Shown here: one piece after another, positions 17,844-27,267 of the stretch
Position numbering within the stretch: the first letter of the stretch is position 1
How the letters are laid out: every line of letters begins with the position of its first letter
Source: Myxococcota bacterium
GTDB taxonomy: Bacteria > Myxococcota_A > SURF-8
DNA length: 64,000 nt
NCBI GenBank assembly: GCA_965140415.1
Contig: OZ223209.1
Span: forward strand, 480,001-544,000
Direction of reading: 5' to 3'
Notes under the pieces: generated by a model
What the model saw: only the letters and a program-made list of their open reading frames with translations
What the model was told of the DNA's origin: nothing
Databases searched by the model: none
Program-made: the position numbers and the translations under genes

Positions 17844-20288
17844 TCAAGGAGAAACTCTCATTCCCGGGTTGCTGTCGCTCGTTTTTTCAGGTGGCAGCGT
17901 TCCCGGTAAAAACACTTCCTCCAGCGCTCCCGGCGCATCTCCGCTAACCCGTTCACCGCTTTCCGGGTCGATATAGGCATGTAGTAAACCTGCCGCTACC
18001 GGGAAGGGCTGCACGGCTTCGTTCTGCAAGGCCGTTTTCATAAACGCCACCCAGCCGGGTAATGCCGCCCGTGCACCGGTTTCGCCGCGCCCCAAAGGCC
18101 GGTGATCGTCGTAGCCGACCCAGATTCCTGCTGCCAGTTTGGCGCTGTAACCCACGAACCAGGCGTCGCGCTGATCGTTTGCGGTGCCGGTTTTTCCCGC
18201 CACCGGTCGTTTGAGCGCCAGTGCCCGGCGCGAGGTGCCTTCTTTGACTACCGATTCCATTAAGGAAACCATTATTGCGGCTTCTTCCGGCGCGATGGCC
18301 TGACGCAGATTGGGCGTGCGCCGATACAAAATCCGGCCCGAAGAGGAAATCACCTGCCGAATCAGGTAGTCATCGTCGTATTGGCCGCGATTGGCGAAGG
18401 TGGCGTAGGCGTTGACTTGCTCTTCCAATCGAACTTCCGATGCACCCAACGAAAGGCTCAGCATCGGATGCAGCTTGGAGTGGATGCCGAAGGCGCGAGC
18501 GGTTTCGATGACCGCTGCCGGGCCGATATCGTTGATGATTTTCGCAGCGACGACATTGACGGAATTCGCCAGCGCCACCCGCAGACGAATCGGACCCCGG
18601 AATTTGCCGCTGAAATTCTGCGGCGACCAGGGCCTGGAGCCGGGAATGGGAAACGTGACCGCTTCGTCTTTTACGATGCTGGCCGGGGTGTAGCGATGGG
18701 TTTTTAACGCGGTCAGATAGACGTAAGGTTTGAAGCTGGAACCGGGCTGACGAAGCGCCTGGGTGGCGCGGTTAAACGGACTTAACGCCGCGCTGAATCC
18801 GCCCATCATGGCAACGATGGCGCGGCTTGGAACGTCGATAGCCAGCATGGCCGACTGCGCTTCGGGAACCTGCATCAATTTCAAGGCGATGGCTTCAGCG
18901 TTCTTCTCACCTGGCGGGTGTGTGCCGTCCAGCGCCACAACGATCGCCTGATTGAGTTGGAAAATCGAAGACAATTTCGTCTGGCGTTTCTTTTTTTTGT
19001 AGAAAGTCCAGGATGCGGCAGGCTGCTCGATGAAACCTCGTGTCGCTCCAAGTTGCACCGTTAGCCGGGGTGGCGAGTCCTGAATTTGGGTGATGTAAGC
19101 GTAATAAAGCTTTTCCGCTCTGACCACGCGAATCATCGTGCGCCAGAAGGAAGATGACGTTTCGTTCTGGGCGTTTTCCTGCATGTCGTCATTAACGGAT
19201 TTTTCCGTCATCGGCAGATGTTCGGCAGAGAAGGCCAGAACTTCGGCTTGGCCTCCGTTTCTCGTGAAGCGTTCCGAAAATTGACGAATCTGCTCGTTCC
19301 AGTCGTCGGTTTGCTGTTTCGGTAGGACCGGCAAGGCCCGATAGGCATGGCGTCGTTCATAATCGAACAGATTTTCCCGCAGTTCTTTCGCCATGGCGCG
19401 TTGCAACTCGGGCCGGATGTCGGTCATGATCTTCAAACCGCTTTTCGTCACATCCTGTTCGGGCAGTAACTCCGACAATCGGCGGCGGACTTCCTCCACG
19501 ACGTAGGCGGCTTCTTCGCCCATCTGTTCCGGCGGTGTGAAAACAAGCGGTGCATCGATGAAACGGGCGTAGTCGGCTTCGGAAATGTAGGCCAATTCCT
19601 TCAATCGTCTCAGGACGTATTGCTGACGTGTTTTGGCGCGTTCGGGATGGCGGTTCAACGCCAGAATTCCCGGCCCCTTGGGAAGACCGGCCACGTAGGC
19701 GATCTGGCCGATGTCGAGTTGTTTCAAGGGTTTATTGAAATAGAAATGTGAGGCTTCGGCCACGCCGTAACAGCCGTTTCCGAAATAGATTTCATTGGCG
19801 TACAGATACAGAATTTCCTGTTTGCTTAACCGGTTTTCCAGGCGATAGGCTAAAATGGCTTCCTTGATCTTGCGTACAAAGGAACGTTCGTGCGTAAGCA
19901 GCAGATTTTTACAAACCTGTTGCGTGATGGTGCTGGCACCCTGCCGGACGCGCAAGGCCAGCAGGTTGGCGATCATGGCGCGCGCAATACCGAGAAAATC
20001 GACGCCGTCGTGCTGATAAAATCCGGCGTCTTCGGCGCTGACCAGGGCATCGAGCAACAGCGGCGGGATCTCTTCTACGGGAACCAGGCTGCGGCGCTGT
20101 TCCCCGAATTCACCCAGAATGCTTCCATCGTGGGCGAAGATGCGGTTGATCTGGGCGGGGTGATAGTCCTCAACCGTGCGGATATCGGGTAGATCCTGGC
20201 TGTAGTACCAGAAAAGCGCGAAGATCGCGAGTACCCCGCAGAATCCCGCTACAAGCGACCCGAGTAATGCCAATCGCAGCCAGCGCAT
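17844..20288 (-). CDS. mrcA: Penicillin-binding protein 1A (class A PBP)
   Basis: Transglycosylase motifs EDAGFYQH, GASTITQQ, RKIKE. Transpeptidase motifs SSFK, SVN, KTG. OB-like insert. RBS ggagg before MRWLRL. Confidence 0.95.
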   Translation of the reverse strand: MRWLRLALLGSLVAGFCGVLAIFALFWYYSQDLPDIRTVEDYHPAQINRIFAHDGSILGEFGEQRRSLVPVEEIPPLLLDALVSAEDAGFYQHDGVDFLGIARAMIANLLALRVRQGASTITQQVCKNLLLTHERSFVRKIKEAILAYRLENRLSKQEILYLYANEIYFGNGCYGVAEASHFYFNKPLKQLDIGQIAYVAGLPKGPGILALNRHPERAKTRQQYVLRRLKELAYISEADYARFIDAPLVFTPPEQMGEEAAYVVEEVRRRLSELLPEQDVTKSGLKIMTDIRPELQRAMAKELRENLFDYERRHAYRALPVLPKQQTDDWNEQIRQFSERFTRNGGQAEVLAFSAEHLPMTEKSVNDDMQENAQNETSSSFWRTMIRVVRAEKLYYAYITQIQDSPPRLTVQLGATRGFIEQPAASWTFYKKKKRQTKLSSIFQLNQAIVVALDGTHPPGEKNAEAIALKLMQVPEAQSAMLAIDVPSRAIVAMMGGFSAALSPFNRATQALRQPGSSFKPYVYLTALKTHRYTPASIVKDEAVTFPIPGSRPWSPQNFSGKFRGPIRLRVALANSVNVVAAKIINDIGPAAVIETARAFGIHSKLHPMLSLSLGASEVRLEEQVNAYATFANRGQYDDDYLIRQVISSSGRILYRRTPNLRQAIAPEEAAIMVSLMESVVKEGTSRRALALKRPVAGKTGTANDQRDAWFVGYSAKLAAGIWVGYDDHRPLGRGETGARAALPGWVAFMKTALQNEAVQPFPVAAGLLHAYIDPESGERVSGDAPGALEEVFLPGTLPPEKTSDSNPGMRVSP

Positions 20289-20511
20289 AAAACAACCTCC
20301 AAAATTTCCAAATAATATCATATCGTTCTGTAATAATCAACTGAATGTAATAGTCTCCATTGCGGCAAACCGGTACTTCTGCTTTAACAAACCACAAAAT
20401 ACAGACCAATCAAGCATGAAAGATGAGGTAGAATAGGTTGCTAAACTAAAAAAGAAAATCAAATAACTAAATAATATCAATCATTTTCGAGATTATAATT
20501 TAAAATAGGCA

Positions 20512-20540
20512 TTGACTTTTACACCGAGTCAGTTTATTGT
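20512..20540 (+). promoter_or_regulatory. Sigma70-like promoter
   Basis: TTGACT-17 nt-TATTGT in the AT-rich intergenic region upstream of 20610. Confidence 0.45.
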
Positions 20541-20609
20541 TTTAGTGTTATTGCTGTTTTGCTGGTATGCCACCTGGTGGTAGTAGCTGAAGCTGAAAGA
20601 TAGATTGTT

Positions 20610-21329
20610 TTGAAGATTGGATCATCGTTGGCTGTAGCGTTCATCTTAGGGTACTTCATTGTAACGACTGTTTCTATGGCAGAAGTTCAACATACCTGGA
20701 TTCTCGATGAGAATTCGACCAATCAACTCTTTTCCTCGGTAAAACAAACTGTCGGTCATTTTCCCGGTTATGAAATCACGTCTTTTTCCACCGATCAAGG
20801 CTTGGCCAAGCTGTTACTGAAAACCTCCTCCGGTAGCGTGGGTGCAAATCTGTACCGCGTAGGTGATCAGGTTACAATCGATTTCGATCCCTCATTAGCT
20901 ACGGAAGATCAACGCAGGTTAAAACGCGAACTAATGAAGACAATTGACTCTTCTCTATGGACTGTCAAGCCTGTTGCCTGGCGGGGGCATCAGCAGGAGC
21001 AGTTGGAGTTGGTGAATCTGGCCTTGGCGGAGTCGACTCTTTTCGCTGTAACAATTAACCGACTCTCCCACATGACGGTCTATCATTTCCTTGGATTGAT
21101 CATGGGAGTGTTGCTGGCGGTGATGCGTCCGTGGTTGAGGAGAAACAACAAACGACGCTACGAACGCTCTTTCGGAATCTGGGTGTTGATTATGCTGCTG
21201 ATTGGGATGATCTGGGCGCTACGCGGGTCCATTCAATTAGTGGCAATGCCTCTTGCGGTACTGCCGATTGGGCTTGGTTGGTTGATTGGTGGAATCCCGA
21301 AAACAAAGCACACCCGAAACGACATTTAG
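20610..21329 (+). CDS. Hypothetical membrane protein (paralog A)
   Basis: Signal peptide, soluble domain, 3 C-terminal TMs ending ERS..IWALRG..LGWLIGG. Similar to 21565-22362. Start (TTG) uncertain. Confidence 0.7.
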   Translation: MKIGSSLAVAFILGYFIVTTVSMAEVQHTWILDENSTNQLFSSVKQTVGHFPGYEITSFSTDQGLAKLLLKTSSGSVGANLYRVGDQVTIDFDPSLATEDQRRLKRELMKTIDSSLWTVKPVAWRGHQQEQLELVNLALAESTLFAVTINRLSHMTVYHFLGLIMGVLLAVMRPWLRRNNKRRYERSFGIWVLIMLLIGMIWALRGSIQLVAMPLAVLPIGLGWLIGGIPKTKHTRNDI

Positions 21330-21564
21330 CAGTGGTTATTTCTTGTTGGTATTGATTCCAGAGTGACAGTTTTCTCGCTTTTCTTCTATTCCGTATTCTA
21401 GCCTGTTGTACGTAACTTTAAGTCAAAAAAGGGGAGACATTTCGGGCGAATTCCGAAATTTGAAGAATTGTTCGTTTGATATTGACAATTACTGACATTT
21501 TGTTAAAAATACGACATCTAGTTGAATTGGACCGCCAAAGAATACAAAGACAAAACATGAACAG

Positions 21565-22362
21565 TTGAAGTTGAGGCTGATTCGTATGGTGCATATGTTC
21601 GAAAGTATGCGGAGCAAGGAATTATTGTTCGCGGCTGTTATGATTGCTGTTTTTCCAATAATAGCTGGGCAAGAGCAGATTGCCTATTGTGACAATTCGA
21701 CTCCACAGTCCATGAACCAGACCCGCCAGTGGGTGCTGAAAGCCGAGGTCGTTCAAGAAATTTTCGGCAGGCTCGACCAGTCGTTCAAGTCGGTTGATGG
21801 GGTTCGGATGGTGCGATTTCAGGCAGAGCAAGGGAGTCTTTTGCTTCAGCTTTCCGTTTCGGGTGCTCCGTTAGATGTGAAGGTGACAAGAGAATCCGCC
21901 GGAAAGATCGCGATTGATATCACTTCGAGCCTTTCCCAAAGGCAACAGGATCGAATTGCTTCCATCATTCGCGGGCAGTTGTCGCCCTCTTATTGGGAAA
22001 TGGTTTCAAAGCCGAATTCATTAAAGAAAGGCTGGCTCAGTTCTAAATCCATTGTGGAGAAAGCCACACCGGAACTGGAAGCGATTCTGGCTAACCACCT
22101 AAAACTGTCAAGCCAGAACGTTGCAATCTCGATTTCATTGGCATTGCTGGTTGGCCTGCTTCGATTGATGCTTCAATTGCGCCAAGTGCCTACGGTGGAA
22201 CGTTCCGGTTCAATATTCGTTTTAACGATATGCATTCTGGCCATTTGCTGGGCCTTGCGCGGCATACCGGAATTTGCCTTTTTTTCGTTTGTGGTGAGTT
22301 TCATCGCTTTGGGCTGGTTACTTGGTGGAGTGAGGCTTCGCCGCCGGGAGGCAAAGCCATGA
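21565..22362 (+). CDS. Hypothetical membrane protein (paralog B)
   Basis: Same architecture, ERS..CWALRG..LGWLLGG. Stop overlaps the next ATG. Exact start uncertain. Confidence 0.7.
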   Translation: MKLRLIRMVHMFESMRSKELLFAAVMIAVFPIIAGQEQIAYCDNSTPQSMNQTRQWVLKAEVVQEIFGRLDQSFKSVDGVRMVRFQAEQGSLLLQLSVSGAPLDVKVTRESAGKIAIDITSSLSQRQQDRIASIIRGQLSPSYWEMVSKPNSLKKGWLSSKSIVEKATPELEAILANHLKLSSQNVAISISLALLVGLLRLMLQLRQVPTVERSGSIFVLTICILAICWALRGIPEFAFFSFVVSFIALGWLLGGVRLRRREAKP

Positions 22363-23618
22363 AGTCGATGCACTTGCGCAGTACACGCGGGATCTGTCCA
22401 CAATGTGGAGAAATGGTCCGCGCCGAAGTCATTCACGAGGGTGACCGGATCGTGCTGCATAAACATTGCCCGCAGCATGGTGCGTCGGAAGCGTTGATCA
22501 GCAAACATCCGGATTTCTACCGGGCTATCGACAAGCACCTGACTCCGCCGTTTTCTTCTGCCCTGCGTTTTGCTTCGGATGCTCCTCACCTGAATGGGGT
22601 GTTTGTGGATGTCACCGGGCGCTGCAACCTTCGTTGCACCTGCTGTCTGGCCAGCGTTGGCCACGACGAACGCTCGGAGCCGAAGCTGGCCGATTTCCTG
22701 CACTTTCTGAAAACCCTCAAACAGCGTCCCTTGATTTATCTTTCCGGCGGAGAACCCACCTTGCGTTCGGATCTGCCGGAATGGATTCAAACGCTCACGG
22801 AACACGGGTACACGGTCAAGCTGTTGACCAACGGGTTGACTTTGACGGATTTTGCCTACGTGCAGCAGTTGAAGGCTGCCGGGCTGCGCTGGGCGATGAT
22901 TCAGTTCGATTCGCTCTCCGATACTGCGCTGCAAACGTTGAGAGGGTGTCCTTTGGCGGAGGTTCGTCGGCAGGCGGTGGAAAACTGTGCCGACGCCGGG
23001 TTGCATATCGTGTTGCCCTGCGTGATCCATCCCGGTGCCAACGATCATGAATTAGGTGATTTGCTGGCCTTTGCGCAGCGAACTCCGGCGGTGCGACAGG
23101 TCTCGTTCTTACCCGCAGCCAATCAGGGAAATTGGTCGTTTAACGAAAATCGGGCCGGATTGGAAGCGGCGGACATCTGCGATCTGCTGTTTCGGCAGAC
23201 AAAGGGGCGTATCGGACGCCGGGATTTCCTGACACAGTTTTCCTGGATGGCGCGCCTGCATCGCAGCAGCCGCTTGGAACATCTGGCACCCCGACGTTGT
23301 TTTCTGCCGTTATTGGCCACCCGAAACGAGCAAGGTGTCTGGCCGATCAATCGCCTGCCGCGTTCGTTGGGGCAGCTATTTTCTCACGTCCACGCGGCCA
23401 AAGACGTTTTGGGAAAACTGCTGCAATGGCAGCCGTTCGAGCAGGACGAGCACCCACACGACAGCCTGTTGTACATCACCATCGAAACCTTTCGCGAACG
23501 CGACTCGCTGGATATCGACGATGCCTGCATGTGCAGCCGCTATTACTGGGCCGACGATCGCCTGACACCGGCCTGTCTGTACAACCTGCTTTATCGGACG
23601 CAGGAGGTGCAGGCATGA
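22359..23618 (+). CDS. Radical SAM protein, tetraether synthase (Tes/GDGT-MAS/MJ0619)-like family
   Basis: N-terminal CPQC..(21)..CPQHG metal site, CNLRCTCC, SGGEPTLR, LTNG, IQFD, C-terminal F...DSLD....MC....PACLYN. RBS ggagg and ATGA overlap. Confidence 0.85.
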   Translation: MKSMHLRSTRGICPQCGEMVRAEVIHEGDRIVLHKHCPQHGASEALISKHPDFYRAIDKHLTPPFSSALRFASDAPHLNGVFVDVTGRCNLRCTCCLASVGHDERSEPKLADFLHFLKTLKQRPLIYLSGGEPTLRSDLPEWIQTLTEHGYTVKLLTNGLTLTDFAYVQQLKAAGLRWAMIQFDSLSDTALQTLRGCPLAEVRRQAVENCADAGLHIVLPCVIHPGANDHELGDLLAFAQRTPAVRQVSFLPAANQGNWSFNENRAGLEAADICDLLFRQTKGRIGRRDFLTQFSWMARLHRSSRLEHLAPRRCFLPLLATRNEQGVWPINRLPRSLGQLFSHVHAAKDVLGKLLQWQPFEQDEHPHDSLLYITIETFRERDSLDIDDACMCSRYYWADDRLTPACLYNLLYRTQEVQA

Positions 23619-25333
23619 ACATGATTGTCAATCAGCTTGTATGCGCCATCTGTTTAAGCGCCGCATTGTATTGCCTGATCGATTACGTGCAGGAACGTGC
23701 GGAAAAGCCGTTGCCTTCGCGTTTCAAGACGATTCTGCTGATGCTGGTCGTGTTGGCCGGTGGATTACTGGCCATTAGACTGTATGCCCCACCGGCTTTT
23801 ATTCATGCGAATCTGCATGGGTATGACCTGCTGGACAACATCTATTCTTTTCCTCAACCTGCCGATTACCGAAGCGCTTACGGTCAGGGATCGTTTTTAC
23901 TGATGGGCGTCTGGGAGTCGCTGTTCGGTTTGCAGTGGCAGGGATTGATTCTGCTGAACAGTCTGGCCAATGTGGGAATTCTGTTGTTGGCCGCTGCGCT
24001 GGCCTATCGGGTTTCCGGTAGTTTTGCAGCGGCTGCGGCAATTGCCATCGGCGCATTGCACCCGCTGTTTGTGCGTGTCGCCGCATCCGAAGATGCCCAT
24101 AATATCGGAGTCTTTTTCGGTATGCTGGCTTTGTATGCGCTGGTGGAGTTTGTTGCTGGAAATAGAAAGCACATTATCTGCCTGGTTCTGCTTTGCTGTA
24201 CAACGATTCTGACTTTGCTCTCGCGTCAGAGTTTGCTGTTCTGGCCCATCATGATTGCGCTTTATCTGGTCTTGACAAACCGCAAAGCGGTTTCTCCGTG
24301 GCGTTTGCAGAAAAAGCACTGGGTGCTCATCGCCTCTTTAGTTGCTGTGATGGGAATTGTTCTTCTGATCATGCTTAACCAGAAGAGCGAGCGGCTTTCG
24401 GTAGTGGCGATGTTTTCCATTCCGTTTTCGAGCTTGAAACTCGTGACGTTCATTTTCAAGAACCATCCGCTCTTTCGCTTGGATGAGTCGCTGCCGTTGC
24501 TGCTGTTGTCGATTTCCGGTGCCATCGTGGCGCTAAAAAGCCGTCAGCCATTGTTGCTTACTTTGCTGGCAGGAGCCGCGATCAGTTTTGTCATGACGCT
24601 GGGAATGTCCGTGCATCCGGGTTACGGCGTTGAATACGGATTCCGCCTGCCATTGTTTGCGTTGTTGTTGCCGTTGGCGGGTGCCGGTGCGGCATTTCAA
24701 CTGGAGGCATTGAAGAAAACCTCTCTCGGTCGCATTGCCGGTTTCGTGGCGCTTGCCCTGGTGCTTTTATGGCCGCTCCCTGCATTGATGCAGACCCTTG
24801 TAGAGTCGGAACCGTTGCAGCAGCAATATGAAATCGTCGAGCGTGCACGAATGAATTACTCCAATGCAAGCCGGGCGCTGGTAGTGAAAAACAAGGCGAA
24901 AGAGTCGCCTAACTTCGATTGGCCGACCTCCTTCCGCAATCCGCCGGGAATGTCCTTCGTTCACGAACGCGATGCAAAGGAAAGCGATAACATCTGCTAC
25001 GTGTTGCAGGACTTGCGCTGTTTTGCCTATTCGCTGGTGGAGCAGACTCCCAGTGGAGAAGCGCTTGAGATGTTTGAAATGGTGATGAATCTGTCACCGG
25101 ATGAACAGGCTCGGTTTCTAGATGGGTTGTGGAATGATGCCAACGAGAGCTTCAGCGTGTTGAATCAGGTGCCGCCCAGCGGTATGCGTAGGGAATGCCG
25201 TCAGGCATTCGCCAAAGCGGTTCGCTTCGATACCTGGGGTGTCGTGAAGATTCCGCACCAGGAGCTTCCTCATGTGTATTACACGAGCGATGAAATTCCG
25301 GTAGGCGTCTGGGTGATGCCGGGGTGCGAGTAG
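23615..25333 (+). CDS. Polytopic membrane protein, GT-C (ArnT/PMT-like) glycosyltransferase-like
   Basis: More than 10 hydrophobic helices, loop HANLHG, LHPLFVRVAASE, TM ending in R, EYGFRL, soluble C-terminal domain. RBS aggagg and ATGA overlap. Confidence 0.7.
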   Translation: MNMIVNQLVCAICLSAALYCLIDYVQERAEKPLPSRFKTILLMLVVLAGGLLAIRLYAPPAFIHANLHGYDLLDNIYSFPQPADYRSAYGQGSFLLMGVWESLFGLQWQGLILLNSLANVGILLLAAALAYRVSGSFAAAAAIAIGALHPLFVRVAASEDAHNIGVFFGMLALYALVEFVAGNRKHIICLVLLCCTTILTLLSRQSLLFWPIMIALYLVLTNRKAVSPWRLQKKHWVLIASLVAVMGIVLLIMLNQKSERLSVVAMFSIPFSSLKLVTFIFKNHPLFRLDESLPLLLLSISGAIVALKSRQPLLLTLLAGAAISFVMTLGMSVHPGYGVEYGFRLPLFALLLPLAGAGAAFQLEALKKTSLGRIAGFVALALVLLWPLPALMQTLVESEPLQQQYEIVERARMNYSNASRALVVKNKAKESPNFDWPTSFRNPPGMSFVHERDAKESDNICYVLQDLRCFAYSLVEQTPSGEALEMFEMVMNLSPDEQARFLDGLWNDANESFSVLNQVPPSGMRRECRQAFAKAVRFDTWGVVKIPHQELPHVYYTSDEIPVGVWVMPGCE

Positions 25334-25335
25334 TC

Positions 25336-26322
25336 ATGCGCCCGACGACCGTTGCCGGCGGATTGGCCAAACTGCTGCTTGCGCGTGCAACAAAGCGCAG
25401 CCTCTGGTCGCATGTCACCGCATTGATCACCATGCGCTGCAATTATCGCTGCGCCTACTGCGATTTTCACCGGCACGAATTCGAGGAATGGCCCAAAGAG
25501 AACTGGCTACGCTTATTACCGCAACTGCGACAGCTAGGGACGATCCGCCTTAGCCTTTCCGGCGGCGAGCCGCTGTTACGTCCCGATTTGCCGGAACTGA
25601 CCGACTGTGCCGCAAAGCAGGGATTCATCACCAGTCTGGTGACCAACGGTGCGTTATTGCAGCAGCGCCTGCATGAAATCCGGCAGGTGGATTATCTGCT
25701 GTGTACGATCGAAGGCGATCGGCAAACTCACGACAAGGTGCGCGGTGAAGGGTCATTCGAGCAGGTCGTTACCGGAATCGAGGCGGTACGGCGCAATAGA
25801 AAATGGAAAATCGGGCTGATCTGTCCCGTCCATAAAGATAATCTTTCGCAGCTGGAAGAACCGCTGAAACTCGGTGAGCAGTTGGGGGCGGGTGTGTTTT
25901 ACCAGCCGGTGCAGATTCGTCAGGGCTGGCAGGGAACCGATTTCGAACGGACCTTGTCCGAAGTGGAGCTTCATGAAGCGCTACGCACCCTGCAACAGTG
26001 GAAGCAACAAGGCCGACCGGTGGGTAATTCCCATGCCTATCTTCGCGGACTGGCGGAAAATCGTCTGTTCGATGCCGAGCAGCCTTGCACGGCAGGAGAA
26101 ACCTTTGTGACCCTGCTCCCCGACGGGCGGGCCTTGCCCTGCTGTATGCTGCCGTTTTCCGACGCAATCTCCGTCGATCCAAACAATCCCGCTCTCGCCA
26201 TGCAGCATCTAAGCGCGGTCTGCTGCCAAGGTTGTTCGATTGCTCCTTATTATGAAAACACACGCTTGCTCAACCTGTCGCCTTCGAGTATTGTGAACGC
26301 TCTGAAATGGAACCGAAAGTGA
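25336..26322 (+). CDS. Radical SAM protein with Twitch/SPASM-like C-terminus
   Basis: CNYRCAYC, SGGEPLLR, VTNG, HDKVRG, CTAG..PDG..PCC..CCQGC. Confidence 0.9.
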   Translation: MRPTTVAGGLAKLLLARATKRSLWSHVTALITMRCNYRCAYCDFHRHEFEEWPKENWLRLLPQLRQLGTIRLSLSGGEPLLRPDLPELTDCAAKQGFITSLVTNGALLQQRLHEIRQVDYLLCTIEGDRQTHDKVRGEGSFEQVVTGIEAVRRNRKWKIGLICPVHKDNLSQLEEPLKLGEQLGAGVFYQPVQIRQGWQGTDFERTLSEVELHEALRTLQQWKQQGRPVGNSHAYLRGLAENRLFDAEQPCTAGETFVTLLPDGRALPCCMLPFSDAISVDPNNPALAMQHLSAVCCQGCSIAPYYENTRLLNLSPSSIVNALKWNRK

Positions 26323-27161
26323 CGTTCATCAATATGTCTCCAATTGCAACAGCATGGTTCAAGTTACTGCGCCCGACGGATTGGCTGCATTTTCTGTTTC
26401 TGCCGCTGATGACTATCTCATTTGCGGAGTTCAATGGCGTCTGTTTGGTTTCCGCCCTGATCGGCGCTGCGATTTATCTGGCGTTTGCCTATGGCTACAA
26501 CGAATACAAAGACAGCGGTCTTTACAAGTGGAACAGGGAAGCGCTAAGGGAATACCTGGGCGTGGGACATGTCGGTATTTGGCTGGCATGGATTGTACTG
26601 ATTGCTCTTGGTTTGGCTGTTACGGGGTTGTGTGGCGCATCCTCACAGATCGCGATGCTTAGTGGAGTGATCGGTAGCTATTTGTACTCTGGCGGTCCCA
26701 GGCTGAAACGCTTTCCCGTGATCGGCACTCTGGCCAATCTGTGGATCTTTCTTCCGGTAGCCCTTTTAGGTGGACAGTTTTCGCTCGTTGCCGCCGCGCC
26801 CTGGCTGTTAGGCGTCTTTTCGTTACTGCTGATACAAAACCAGTTGATCCATGAAGCCACTCACCGCCAAGAAGATCGGCGCGACAACATCCGCACCTCC
26901 GTTGTGGTGTTCGGTAATGAATTCGCCCGATACGGTTCCGCTTCGCTCGGACTTTGTGCGGCGGTGTGCATGGCGGGTTTCGGCTGGATTCACGAAACGT
27001 CGATCCTGTTTGTGCCTGCTCTGATACTTGCGCTATTCAGCGGAATCTATCCGTTCGCCTGCCTCTTTGTCGAAGTCTCCTCTCTTTCGCGGTTGCGCCT
27101 GTTGCAGCGTTATGTCGGTGTCGCCTGTGGAGCGGTTTTCTGGATCGGAACGATTTTCTGA
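26307..27161 (+). CDS. UbiA-superfamily prenyltransferase
   Basis: LLRP..W, first motif YNEYKD, YSGGPRLKRFP, second motif HEATHRQED...IRT. About 8 TMs. Confidence 0.8.
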   Translation: MEPKVTFINMSPIATAWFKLLRPTDWLHFLFLPLMTISFAEFNGVCLVSALIGAAIYLAFAYGYNEYKDSGLYKWNREALREYLGVGHVGIWLAWIVLIALGLAVTGLCGASSQIAMLSGVIGSYLYSGGPRLKRFPVIGTLANLWIFLPVALLGGQFSLVAAAPWLLGVFSLLLIQNQLIHEATHRQEDRRDNIRTSVVVFGNEFARYGSASLGLCAAVCMAGFGWIHETSILFVPALILALFSGIYPFACLFVEVSSLSRLRLLQRYVGVACGAVFWIGTIF

Positions 27162-27267
27162 AGCTCAACATGCCCGACAGGGATGATATGAGCGACTAGC
27201 GACAATCCTGCTCGTTGACTTTCCTGCATTTTTGGGGTATCAGAGGGGCGAGCAAAGGAGGTTTCCC

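Noticed and set aside
22230-22358. Long N-terminal extensions in the ORF track (also 23297, 30234, 37819, 11957)
   Set aside because: They overlap upstream genes or promoters. Downstream starts have an RBS and/or stop-start coupling.
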